From Candidatus Latescibacterota bacterium (GTDB lineage Bacteria > Latescibacterota > UBA2968 > UBA8231): a DNA stretch of 64,000 bases. Of this stretch, positions 11,232 through 21,013 are shown piece by piece. The position numbers were made by a program, and so were the translations under genes. Under the pieces are notes generated by a model. It was not told where the DNA came from, searched no databases, and worked only from the letters and a program-made list of their open reading frames with translations. The DNA lies in the NCBI GenBank assembly GCA_965248265.1, contig CBDFJF010000001.1, positions 736,001 to 800,000 on the forward strand, given 5' to 3'. Position 1 is the stretch's first letter. Each line of letters opens with the position of its first letter.

Positions 11232-11315
11232 TAGGAAATACAAGAGCCCTTTTTTTCGTGATCCACGAGTCCGGACGTGAGTATTTGGCGCCATTGGTGG
11301 GTAGGATCGGATACA
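11232..11315. repeat. Bipartite intergenic repeat, copy B
   Basis: TAGGAaaTACAAGaGCCCTTTTTTTCgTGA-N35-GTGGGTAGGATcGGaTACA. Confidence 0.6.
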
Positions 11316-11389
11316 TCACAGGTGGCCGGCCTACCGGAGGTCCGTGCATGATGACCGGCGTGGCCGACACGCGGAGGTTTGTTGAACCG

Positions 11390-12094
11390 ATGCACAAAAC
11401 ATGGAGATGGTCCGCCTCGGGGTCGGATTTCGTCCTGCCTCACGAGGAGATACAGAAGATCTGCCTGCACGCGGGTCTGGCGGGAATCGAGGGCATGGGC
11501 AGGCTGTTCCCCGATCAGTCGCACGGAGTGCTCGAGGAAATCGCCGCCGGGTACCGCGCCTGCGGACTCGAATTGGACAGCTTCCACCTACCGGCGGCGA
11601 TCGAGAACGACATCGCCTGCTTTTACGAGACACAACGACGTGAAGCCGTCGACGTATCGCGACACTGGATGGAGTGTGCGGCGGCACTGGGCTGCCGAGT
11701 CGTCATCCAACACTCGACCACCAACCGCAACAACGCCGAGGTCGAGGGGTTGGATCGCTACGTCGCGCAGATGGGCAAGAGTCTGGAGGTGCTGCTGCCG
11801 GCAGCGGCCGAACTCAATCTCACCGTCGCGATCGAGAGCTTGCCTCCGGGTGAGCGCGGCGGTAGCTTCAGCGCCCGTCCCGAACATTTCGAGCGCATTA
11901 TCGCCGAGTTCGCCCACCCGAACCTCGGATTCTGCGTGGACACGGGGCATGCCCTGATGGCCGGTGGGCCAGATCGCGCCCACGATTTCCTCGATGTGAT
12001 GGCCCCCCACATGGCGGCCTTCCGCCCCTCCGTGAGACCCGAGAGAAGACAGAGGGAACCGACTTTGAGATCTCCTGGCGTGGGGATGAGATAA
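11390..12094 (+). pseudogene. Sugar-phosphate isomerase/epimerase (xylose isomerase-like TIM barrel), C-terminally truncated near 12020
   Basis: 'AIESLPP', 'GFCVDTGHA'; sequence breaks down where the H-x-x-D and Glu motifs should follow; RBS GGAGG before 11390. Confidence 0.65.
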
Positions 12095-12317
12095 TAGGCA
12101 TCTGCCCAAACAGCGATTTTTTGGTTCTACCCAACGGCTCAGGCGTGCGGGTAGAGTCAGGCCCGCCTTGAACGTCACTTGTAGCAGCAATGTGGACAAG
12201 ACCGGGAGTAGCTCGGCCCCAGGCGATGTGAGATGCACTGGCGGATAGCTTGCACATAGGGACGGGGCGAGTTTCAACACGCAGAACCCGCGTCGCGTTT
12301 GTAAGGAGGAGGACCGA

Positions 12318-13931
12318 ATGCAAGACCCTGTAGCTCATAACATCTCAGACGAGCATCGAGAGTCGCCGCCGTCCTACAAGATCATCTACAACTGGGATGG
12401 CGGCACCTTCTGGAGGTCCGAGTACCCCCAATCGTTGGAGCGCTGGCTAGAGAAGACCTACGCCCCAATCAAGGACACCCAGGTGGGCGCCCTCTTCTGG
12501 TGCGTCGGCGCCGACCATGCCGACTGGCCGTCGCCGACCATGGAGATGGTGGGAGACTCGGTGGGTCGGGTCTACCCGTCCGTCATCGCCATGCGCACGG
12601 CCGAGAACATCCGCGTCAAGTTCGAGGGCGATCAGGAACCCTACAACGCCCTTGTCGAGCGCGGACACGAGCTCGGCGTGGACGTCTTCGCGTCCGTTCG
12701 CATGAACGACAACCACTTTTACGGCCTGACTCCATCCCAGGTGAAGGGCGGGAAGACGTATGGGCTGACCCAGATTCGCAGGGACCACCCCGAGTGGCTG
12801 CTCGGTGGCGACCACGAGTTCGCCGCATGCTGGAACTACGCCATACACGGCGTCAGGAAGTACCGGCTCCAGCACATCACCGAGGCGTGCAACCTGGCGG
12901 ACTGGGACGGCCTCGAGCTGGACTGGCAGCGCCACGGCTACCACCTTCGGTACGACATGGCTTACCGCCTCCGCTACACCATGACCGACATGGTCCGTGC
13001 CGCCCGTAAAGTCACGGACCGGATCCAGGAGCAGCGTGGTCGCCCGTTCTACCTGGCCGTGAGGGTCGCGGCCACCATCGAGGCCTGCCGCAATATCGGC
13101 TACGACATTCGCGCCTGGGTCGATGAGCGCCTCTGCGACTACGTAATAGCAGGAGGCGTCTCCGGAACCGACCCCGGGGTCGAGGTTGAGGCCTTCGCGG
13201 AGATGCTCGATGGTGCTGGGGCCAGGTTTTACGGTGGATTCGACAGCGACGGAAGACAGCAGACACGGCGGCTGGTCACACGCAGCACGTTCCGCCACGG
13301 CTTCTTTCGCGCCACCGCCCAAGCATACTGGGACCGCGGCGTCGACGGGATATACACCTTCAACTGGGGCGCCAACGAGACCACTCGGCGAGACCTGCTC
13401 ACTACCATCGGCTCACCCGAGACTCTGTCGGGACTCGACAAGATATACGCCTCGCTGCGCCGGGGAGGTGGGACGGGCGGCCGCGCCACCAACGACCGCA
13501 TCTACGGTGAGACGCCCGTGACGCTACACGAAACCCTGACCGGCATCGGCCCCACCTTCGAAGTGCCTGTCCACGACGACGTCGTCCGGGAGGCCAATGC
13601 GGGCAGGCTGGCGAGCGTCGAGCTGCACGTCGAGATGGGACACTTCTCCCCTACTGGGGACGAGGTAGAGATTGCGCTCGACGGGACAACGCTGACCGAC
13701 GTCCAGGTCCGTAGCGTGGCGGGCCCCGATCCCGACCGCCCCTCCGAGGACAAGGTCGGAGTCACCGACGTGGATGAAAATAGCTGGCTGGTATGCCCAC
13801 TGGAACCCGTCCAGGCCGGCCGAGGCCTCCATCAGGTGGATGTGCGTCTGGTCAAGCGTGACGCTCGAATCGAGCCGCCTCTGTCGGTGGAGAATGTGGA
13901 GGTCTACGTCACATACAGGGCGAAAGGCTGA
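12318..13931 (+). CDS. Uncharacterised GHL10/DUF187-like TIM-barrel glycoside hydrolase-like protein (paralog 1)
   Basis: 'IIYNWDG', 'SVRMNDNH', 'DWDGLELDWQRH', 'DGIYTFNW'; strong RBS AAGGAGGAGG. Confidence 0.75.
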   Translation: MQDPVAHNISDEHRESPPSYKIIYNWDGGTFWRSEYPQSLERWLEKTYAPIKDTQVGALFWCVGADHADWPSPTMEMVGDSVGRVYPSVIAMRTAENIRVKFEGDQEPYNALVERGHELGVDVFASVRMNDNHFYGLTPSQVKGGKTYGLTQIRRDHPEWLLGGDHEFAACWNYAIHGVRKYRLQHITEACNLADWDGLELDWQRHGYHLRYDMAYRLRYTMTDMVRAARKVTDRIQEQRGRPFYLAVRVAATIEACRNIGYDIRAWVDERLCDYVIAGGVSGTDPGVEVEAFAEMLDGAGARFYGGFDSDGRQQTRRLVTRSTFRHGFFRATAQAYWDRGVDGIYTFNWGANETTRRDLLTTIGSPETLSGLDKIYASLRRGGGTGGRATNDRIYGETPVTLHETLTGIGPTFEVPVHDDVVREANAGRLASVELHVEMGHFSPTGDEVEIALDGTTLTDVQVRSVAGPDPDRPSEDKVGVTDVDENSWLVCPLEPVQAGRGLHQVDVRLVKRDARIEPPLSVENVEVYVTYRAKG

Positions 13932-14256
13932 TGTGGTGATGGCCTCGATCGCGTTTTGAGTAGGTGCATGAAGACCTGGTTCAGCTGTCCGGGAGAGCAG
14001 TAGATTGGCCTGATATCTCCGTAGTTCTTGGGGTCCAAGAAACACAATATTTACGGTCAGCTGAACTGTCGCGTTACAAAGAAGGACAATAGAAGGAGGC
14101 CCACCAGCATAGGGGCAGGGCTCTGGCGGTTATGCTATCATGCGAGGCTGAACGGTGTCAAGCAACACGCAGCCGACTCGGGGGCACGCGAAACAGTGGG
14201 GAACGCACGATAATTTCCGTTAAACGGAGTCTCTAATGCGAAACCGCGATGGTCAG

Positions 14257-14654
14257 CCCAGGGTGGGATGACGGCATTGGAGTCTGAGCCACCTCTGGAG
14301 ATCAATGCATATCAGTACGACATCGTTTGCAACGGCCTTGAGCTCTCCAGTGGTGCCATACGCAACCATCGGCCCGATATCATGTACAAGGCTTTCGAGC
14401 TCGCTGGGTATCCACCCGAAGAAGTAAATCGCAGGTTCGGCGGCATGATTCGTGCATTCCGCTACGGTGCCCCTCCGCACGGCGGTATCGCGCCTGGGAT
14501 TGACCGGATTGTCATGTTACTGGCCGACGAGCCCAACATCAGGGAGGTTATCGCGTTCCCGATGAACCAGAACGCACAGGATCTGCTCATGGGAGCACCC
14601 GGTGAGGTATCCGATGAGCAGTTGCGAGAGCTTCACATTGCGGTCAAAGGATAG
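14257..14654 (+). pseudogene. aspS: Aspartyl-tRNA synthetase C-terminal fragment
   Basis: '[21 protein letters not shown]', '[20 protein letters not shown]', 'IREVIAFP'; only the last ~130 codons are present. Confidence 0.85.
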
Positions 14655-14744
14655 TGGACCTTGCCATCGTACACGGACTGTCAGTAGTGTCGGACTAATC
14701 ACTTTCGCCCATTTTCGATGGTAACCCGGTGATCGGAGTGATCT

Positions 14745-15497
14745 ATGTCGATAGAGTCAGACAAAGACCTTGAGGGCATGCAGCGAGTGGGCGCGTTTGT
14801 CGCTATGGTCCTCGATGCGGTTGGCCAGGCTGTAGATGAAGGCATATCCACACTGGAGCTTGACCAGCTTGCCAAACAGCTGTTCCTCGACGCGGACGCC
14901 CGATCCGCGCCAGCGGTCGTCTACGGCTTTCCAGGCACGATTCTGATCAGCGTCAATGACGAAATCGTACATGGTATCCCGGGCCCGAGACGCCTGATGC
15001 CTGGTGATGTCGTCAAATTGGACGTCACCGCTGAATTGGACGGCTATGTCGCCGACGCGGCGCGGACAATTCTCATACCCCCAGTCACACCGCAGCATCG
15101 ACATCTCGCCGAGTGTGCAGAATCGGCTCTTGAGAGTGCCTTGCCGGAAGCCCGAAGCGGCAGACCCGTATCTGTCATCGGCAAAGCTGTTGAGACCGAA
15201 GTGCGCCACAAAGGTTTCTCCATCATCCGGGATTTGTTCGGTCACGGCACAGGACGAACTATTCACGAGGATCCGATGGTGCTCAACTACTTCGATCCCC
15301 GAGACAAGCAGCGCCTGACGGACGGCCTGGTCCTGACCATCGAACCACTGATCACGACTGGCAGCGGACAGATGATCGAAGATGCGGATGGCTGGACAGT
15401 TCGAACGAAGGACGCGCACATGGCCGCCCACCATGAGCAGACAATTGTGATCACCAACGGCGATCCAATCGTGTTGACGAAAACTACCAATTGCTGA
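14745..15497 (+). CDS. map: Type I methionine aminopeptidase
   Basis: 'SVNDEIVHGIP', 'GDVVKLDV', 'GHGTGRTIHEDP', 'TIEP', 'AHHEQT'. Confidence 0.93.
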   Translation: MSIESDKDLEGMQRVGAFVAMVLDAVGQAVDEGISTLELDQLAKQLFLDADARSAPAVVYGFPGTILISVNDEIVHGIPGPRRLMPGDVVKLDVTAELDGYVADAARTILIPPVTPQHRHLAECAESALESALPEARSGRPVSVIGKAVETEVRHKGFSIIRDLFGHGTGRTIHEDPMVLNYFDPRDKQRLTDGLVLTIEPLITTGSGQMIEDADGWTVRTKDAHMAAHHEQTIVITNGDPIVLTKTTNC

Positions 15498-15640
15498 CTT
15501 GGTGATCGCATGGTCGCAAGGTGGATCGTTGCCAGCCTACGCCCATCACCTTCACAATCCGATGATCGGCATTTCATCTTCATAGAGCGCGATCCTCTTT
15601 GCCGCGCACTGCAGCGCCTCGGCAACCGAACTGGGAATCG

Positions 15641-16849
15641 ATGAGCCCCGGTAGCTTCATACAGAACCGATGGATCATACTGGCTATCGTCATCACTGCT
15701 CGAACCGGTGTGGGATTCCAGTTCATCGCCATGGCAGCTCTGATGCCACAGCTCAGGACCGAGCTTGACCTGAGCTATTCGCAGGTCGGACTCCTGCTCG
15801 GACTCTTCATGATCATGGGCGTATTCCTGTCACTGCCGAGCGGGATGATCGCTGCACGCCTCGGTGACCGACGTACCCTGCAAGCGGGTTTGCTGGCGTT
15901 GGTCGTGGGCGGCGCAGTAACAGCTATGAGTCATTCGTTCCCCGTCGCTCTTGTCGGCCGTCTGATGGGGGGTGTCGGCGCCGTGTTCATCACTGTGACG
16001 GGCGCCAAAGTCCTGACCGACTGGTTCATAGGCAAGGAAATAACCACAGCAATGAGTATGCTGGGCGTCACTTGGCCGGTAGGTATCGCTCTCGGCATGT
16101 CGTTGCTCCCCTTCCTGTCTGCTTGGGACGGTTGGCGTGTGGCCGTGATCGCCACCTGCGCTTTGCCCGCGGTGGCATTGCTGCTCGCCGCGCTCCTGCC
16201 GCCAGCTGCTCCTGGCACGACAGTCGACACTTCGAAAACCCACCCTACCCTATGGGCCATCAAGAGGCGAGAACTCCGGTTGATCATCGTCGCAGGCGCA
16301 GCTTGGCCATTGATGAGCTCAGGTGGATATGTAGTGTTCACCAGCTACGCTCCCGGTTTGCTCGTCGAGCGGGGTGCATCTCAGGCAGCGGCCGCCCTGT
16401 CTGTCAGCCTGCTGTCCTGGTTGGTCATCGTGTCAATCCCGATTGGCGGTTACATCTCAGACCGAACGGGCAGGAGTGATCTGTTGTTCTGGGGAGGTTG
16501 CCTTGTATCGGCGGCAGCCATTGCGATGGTGCCCATCGGGGGACCGTTTGCTGTGTGGATAACCGTGTCAGCGGTGCTTGGCCTTACGGTAGGACCCGTA
16601 ATGGCGTTGCCTGGACACGTCTTGTCAGCGCAAAGCCGCGGGACTGGACTCGGTGTGTTCTACACTCTCTACTACCTGGGCACCGGTTGTCTACCCGCCC
16701 TCGCCGGTTGGTTGCAGGATATAACGGGTTCAGCAGCGGCCGTCGTCTGGTTTAGCGCCTTATGCCTGTTGATCGCACCCATTCCCCTGATGTGTTTCAG
16801 GCTGTTGCAACGAAGATGGGCAGTTGGGCATGTCTCACTTAGCAGCTGA
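15641..16849 (+). CDS. MFS transporter
   Basis: About 12 hydrophobic segments; motif A-like 'GMIAARLGDRR' and 'GYISDRTGRS'. Confidence 0.85.
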   Translation: MSPGSFIQNRWIILAIVITARTGVGFQFIAMAALMPQLRTELDLSYSQVGLLLGLFMIMGVFLSLPSGMIAARLGDRRTLQAGLLALVVGGAVTAMSHSFPVALVGRLMGGVGAVFITVTGAKVLTDWFIGKEITTAMSMLGVTWPVGIALGMSLLPFLSAWDGWRVAVIATCALPAVALLLAALLPPAAPGTTVDTSKTHPTLWAIKRRELRLIIVAGAAWPLMSSGGYVVFTSYAPGLLVERGASQAAAALSVSLLSWLVIVSIPIGGYISDRTGRSDLLFWGGCLVSAAAIAMVPIGGPFAVWITVSAVLGLTVGPVMALPGHVLSAQSRGTGLGVFYTLYYLGTGCLPALAGWLQDITGSAAAVVWFSALCLLIAPIPLMCFRLLQRRWAVGHVSLSS

Positions 16850-16901
16850 GCGCTCGAGTCCAGATCACGCTGCCCATCACACACAGAGTGCGATGCTCAG
16901 A

Positions 16902-18761
16902 TTATTGGTGTAGTGCCCCCGTTTCCAACCTGAAGGCCTGCAGCTCCTTATTGCGCAGGATGAAAACCGTTCCGTCCGAGATGGCCAGCTCAATTGGACT
17001 CGCATAGTTGCGCTTCAGCTGTATGACCTGACTTGGAGTATCGCCTGGATCCACGCGGTCATAGAGTTCCACACCTCGGTAGCCCCAGGTCACCAGATTC
17101 TCGCCCACCCATTTCGCCCTATTGTAAATGGTGTATCTACCGAGCCATCCGAGTATCGCCGGATGCTCGCGATCGCTCACATCCAGTACAACCTCCTCCT
17201 TGGGCCACTGCCTGGTGACAACGACGCTGTCCCCCTTCACCACAACATTTCTCAGCGAGCCGGATCGTCTGTCAGGAGCTTCAAGCTGGTAGGTTGAGAG
17301 TAATCTCAAGTCACGGGGATCTTGAACGTCCAGGATGGCTAATCCGTTTCGCATCCCGAGGAAAACATGGTGGCCGTCTATCCCCATTCCGCCATTCGGA
17401 TGGATGTGGTAGCGGACATTCTTGCCCTCATAGACTCTTCCACTCGAACTCACCCACCCGGGCTCTCGATCGACATGCAATTCATCCAGGATTTCCGCGC
17501 CCTCTCCGTCAATCCTTAGTGAGACCAACCAGGTTCCCTCGGGTTCGAAAACGCGCAACAGAGCAGTGTGCTCACCGATAGACTCGAAGCTGTAGTCTCT
17601 CACTTCCTGGGTATACGGCCACACATTGGCTGTGTAGAGAACACGTGGTGCAGTGGACATATCCGCGTCGACTACCGCAACGCCTAGACTATCCATGCGC
17701 CGTCCTCCGGCGATGGCAACGAACCGGCCTGCCGGCACCAACTCACGTCCTGGCCATCCGTTCAGTGGCACAGAACCACGCTCGAACATGCTGTCGGCAC
17801 GTGAGATGTCGATAGTCAGGAAGTCGTCTTTCTTGAGGACGAAGGCAGACCTCCCTACGACCAGCAGATCTTTCGTGGCCTTACCCACAGCAAGCGTCCC
17901 ATATGGCGTGGTGGTAGGTCGAACTTCGGGATACTCGTTGAGGTACGCAGAGGTCGCGATCGGTACAGCCACCGCAACGGCTGCGACTGCGAGTATCGGT
18001 CGCCACTGCAGAGTGTATTCCCGGAACCTGGTTATCTTGAGCAGCGCTGCTGCAAGCAGCCCCCCGCACACGATCATCGTGATCCAGACACTCCTGATGC
18101 GGATCCATCCATCGTCGGCGATCCGCACCAGCCCGCCGCTCCCATCGAACTCGAGGCCCTCGGTCAGTTGGACAAACCACGGCGCCGCCGCGGAATCGAC
18201 ATTGACGATTAGCAACGCCAGCAGCCCCACTGCGTACAGGACCAGGGCCCCCGACGCGATGGCTTTGACGGGATCGCTTGTGAATGCCGAACCCAGGAAC
18301 ACCATGGTGTAGGCGATCAACGTTGGCAGGAACCATATCTGTACCATCGCAGGAAGACCTACGTCTTCCATGATCTTGGTGGCGGTCGAGGGCAGGTGAG
18401 GAGCGCCATCCAGAACTGGTCCGTAGGATGTCGCGTACACCATGGCCCAGAAACCGGTCATCACCACCAACAATCCGGTAGCACCGACGACGAACTTCAC
18501 GGCGAGCATGCGCACGGGGGCGAGTGGACGAGCCATCAGAAAGTCCATCGTTCCACGGCTCTTCTCGCCGGCTATCATTTCCATGCCGAAGACTACGGCC
18601 GCGACCAGTCCGAAACCCCACGCCCACTCGTCGGAATCATTCGAGAACTCGGCGTTGAAGCGCTCGTTCATCCGCAGGAAGTGAACGGCAAGACAGGCCG
18701 CCAAGCCCAGCAGGACCTTGTAGAGATTCTCTCGACACTCTTTCCACAGTAGAGTTTTCAT
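16902..18761 (-). CDS. ABC-2 type permease fused to an LVIVD-like beta-propeller domain
   Basis: 'LLWKECRE', 'AGEKSRGTMDFLMARP', several TM helices, then 'LAILDVQDP' and 'VVLDVSDREHP' repeats. Confidence 0.75.
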   Translation of the reverse strand: MKTLLWKECRENLYKVLLGLAACLAVHFLRMNERFNAEFSNDSDEWAWGFGLVAAVVFGMEMIAGEKSRGTMDFLMARPLAPVRMLAVKFVVGATGLLVVMTGFWAMVYATSYGPVLDGAPHLPSTATKIMEDVGLPAMVQIWFLPTLIAYTMVFLGSAFTSDPVKAIASGALVLYAVGLLALLIVNVDSAAAPWFVQLTEGLEFDGSGGLVRIADDGWIRIRSVWITMIVCGGLLAAALLKITRFREYTLQWRPILAVAAVAVAVPIATSAYLNEYPEVRPTTTPYGTLAVGKATKDLLVVGRSAFVLKKDDFLTIDISRADSMFERGSVPLNGWPGRELVPAGRFVAIAGGRRMDSLGVAVVDADMSTAPRVLYTANVWPYTQEVRDYSFESIGEHTALLRVFEPEGTWLVSLRIDGEGAEILDELHVDREPGWVSSSGRVYEGKNVRYHIHPNGGMGIDGHHVFLGMRNGLAILDVQDPRDLRLLSTYQLEAPDRRSGSLRNVVVKGDSVVVTRQWPKEEVVLDVSDREHPAILGWLGRYTIYNRAKWVGENLVTWGYRGVELYDRVDPGDTPSQVIQLKRNYASPIELAISDGTVFILRNKELQAFRLETGALHQ

Positions 18762-19669
18762 AGCGCGGCTCCTCCGTCATCGAGGCCCGGACGCACGTAC
18801 TCAATGAAGCACTCCTCGAGACTCAAGCCCATCACCTCCACAATCTGACACCCTGCATCTGTGATCGCTTTCGCTTTCTCGTCGTCAAACCCAATGACCG
18901 TTAGCATGCGCTGCTCACCGTCACCCTGCACCGCTGTCACACCCTGCATACCGCTCAGGTTCGAAACGCCATTGTGAGTCTTTACCAGGACTTTCTTGAT
19001 CGTCTGCTTGATTGCATCCACTTCGTCACACACCAATAGCTTGCCGCCATCCAGAATCGCCACCCGGTCTGCCACCCTTTCCACCTCGTCCACCATGTGC
19101 GAAGACAGGAACACGGTGCGGCCCTCACCCTGGATGATCTCGATGATGCTCTCGAGGAAGTCGCGTCGGACGAGCACGTCGAGTCCGGTGGCAGGCTCGT
19201 CGAGTATCAAAAGAGGCGGCCGGTGCCCCATCGCCAGGGTGAGTGCCAGCTGCGCGTTCATGCCCCTGGAAAGGTTCTTGACCTTGGCCTCCGGATCGAG
19301 TCCAAACCTGGCCAACAGGTCATCGATGAGTTTCCCATCCCAGTTATCGTAGAACCCCCCGGTGAACCAGGCGATTTCCCGGACTTTCATCCATCCGTAT
19401 AGCGTCGGGACCTCACCGACGTAGCCTACCGCGCGCTTGATGGCGACGTCGTCCGAGTGCGGCTCCTTTCCGAGCACGCGGCAGTGACCATCCGATGGCG
19501 AAATCAGATTCAGCAGCATCTTGATCGTCGTCGTTTTACCAGCGCCGTTGCGCCCGAGAAAACCGAACACCGTCCCTGCATCGACGTTCAGAGTCAGGTC
19601 ATCGACCGCGGTATGACTGCCGAACCTCTTGCTGAGATGCTCTATTGCGATTGCCGTGTTCGCACTCAT
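18758..19669 (-). CDS. ABC transporter ATP-binding protein
   Basis: Walker A 'GRNGAGKTT', signature 'LSRGM', Walker B 'LLILDEP', 'SSH'. Confidence 0.93.
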   Translation of the reverse strand: MSANTAIAIEHLSKRFGSHTAVDDLTLNVDAGTVFGFLGRNGAGKTTTIKMLLNLISPSDGHCRVLGKEPHSDDVAIKRAVGYVGEVPTLYGWMKVREIAWFTGGFYDNWDGKLIDDLLARFGLDPEAKVKNLSRGMNAQLALTLAMGHRPPLLILDEPATGLDVLVRRDFLESIIEIIQGEGRTVFLSSHMVDEVERVADRVAILDGGKLLVCDEVDAIKQTIKKVLVKTHNGVSNLSGMQGVTAVQGDGEQRMLTVIGFDDEKAKAITDAGCQIVEVMGLSLEECFIEYVRPGLDDGGAAL

Positions 19670-20097
19670 GCCTGGTTCTCCCGGGTTGCTGATGTTGGTT
19701 GAAATGCCTGGAGGTGGCGTTTGAACACCCGCTCGAGCTGGTTGTGCGTCATGCCGACCTGAGTAGCCAGCACCAGTGCCTTGTCCAGCACCTCACCGAC
19801 GAGCCTGTCCCTCTCCTCTTCACTAATCTTCAGCGCCGACTGGCCGACGTAGGTCCCCATGCCACGACGCTTGTAGAGCACCCCTTCGCGCTCGAGGTCC
19901 AAGTAGGCTCTGACGACCGTATTCGGGTTGATGACATGTTCGGTCGCAAGCGCGCGCACTGAGGGCATCTCCGCATCGGGCTTGAGAACGCCCGTTGCCA
20001 CGTGGTACTTCACCTGCGCGACGATCTGTTGGTAGATCGGAACGCCGTCCGATGGATCGATCTTGAGGTGCAGGATGACTCGCCTCCGTTGTGGCAA
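19666..20097 (-). CDS. GntR family regulator, YtrA subfamily (start codon uncertain)
   Basis: 'PIYQQI...MPSVRALA...INPNTVVRAYLDLEREG...RGMGTYV'; first gene of the ABC operon. Confidence 0.9.
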   Translation of the reverse strand: MPQRRRVILHLKIDPSDGVPIYQQIVAQVKYHVATGVLKPDAEMPSVRALATEHVINPNTVVRAYLDLEREGVLYKRRGMGTYVGQSALKISEEERDRLVGEVLDKALVLATQVGMTHNQLERVFKRHLQAFQPTSATRENQA

Positions 20098-20119
20098 CTG
20101 TCGATTCCAGCTGCAGTGT

Positions 20120-20165
20120 TGTATTAGTCAACCGATACAGTAACTCAGCAAATGGCCGATGTCAA
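20120..20165 (-). promoter_or_regulatory. Sigma70-type promoter with overlapping YtrA-type operator
   Basis: Minus strand TTGACA (20160-65)-N17-TACTGT (20137-42); imperfect palindrome TGTATTAG-TCAA-CCGATACA at 20120-20139. Confidence 0.7.
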
Positions 20166-20409
20166 CACTTAACTTCAAGACCCGGGCAATTTGACGCGCT
20201 AGGCCGAGCTCACGTATGTGCTCAAGCACCATCATGGCACGGGTCCAGAGTCCTCGCCGGATCGAACGATCAGCTGTCGTCGCTGCCGAACGAGCAGGCG
20301 CTACCACAGTCCAGGATGCCCGTCAGTGACAGAGTCCGATGACCGGTCAGCGCAGCCGAAACGGAGTGACACTCCTGAGGCTCTGCCATTGTTCGCTCAA
20401 AAGGTTGAA

Positions 20410-20880
20410 ATGAATAACAAGATTCGGCTTGCAACGCGCGAAGACGCAATGGACATCCACCTCCTTCACACGAGATCAGTTCGTGGCCTATGTAGAGCAG
20501 ACTACACACCCGAGGTAATCGAGGGTTGGCTGCAGGACCGATCGCCCGAAGGATACAGAGGCATCGCCAAGAACGAGATGTATGTATACGAGGAAGAGAA
20601 TGAGATTGTCGGGTGGTCGCATGTACGACCCAAGGCAATTGTCGGATTGTTTGTCGATGCGGAGCATGCACGAAAAGGCATCGGCCGCGCTCTGTTTGAG
20701 CACGGTCTGGGAATCATCAGGCAGAGCACCAGTGAACACCTTGAATTTGCGTCGACACTCACAGCCGTGCCGTTTTACGAGAAGTGCGGATGTAAGCAGG
20801 TGAGTTCGTCAACTATTCGGAAGAACGAAGTTGACGTTTCAACGGTGATAATGACGCTGCCAGAGGTGGATGAACAATAG
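20410..20880 (+). CDS. GNAT family N-acetyltransferase
   Basis: 'LFVDAEHARKGIGRAL', 'AVPFYEKCG'. Confidence 0.85.
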   Translation: MNNKIRLATREDAMDIHLLHTRSVRGLCRADYTPEVIEGWLQDRSPEGYRGIAKNEMYVYEEENEIVGWSHVRPKAIVGLFVDAEHARKGIGRALFEHGLGIIRQSTSEHLEFASTLTAVPFYEKCGCKQVSSSTIRKNEVDVSTVIMTLPEVDEQ

Positions 20881-21013
20881 CAATTCTGGGTGCTGTGTTA
20901 TCTGCTCACAGAGTCCCACTCTGCGGGCTGCAAGCTGCAAGACGAATGGCCCCCGACCAGGCTGATCAGGGGGCCATTCGATTGTCACTCAGTCAGTTAT
21001 CTCCGACAACATG

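Noticed and set aside
12030-12300. Possible riboswitch or ncRNA in the leader of the GHL10-like gene
   Set aside because: Hairpins are present, but I recognised no conserved riboswitch motif; an Rfam search is needed.
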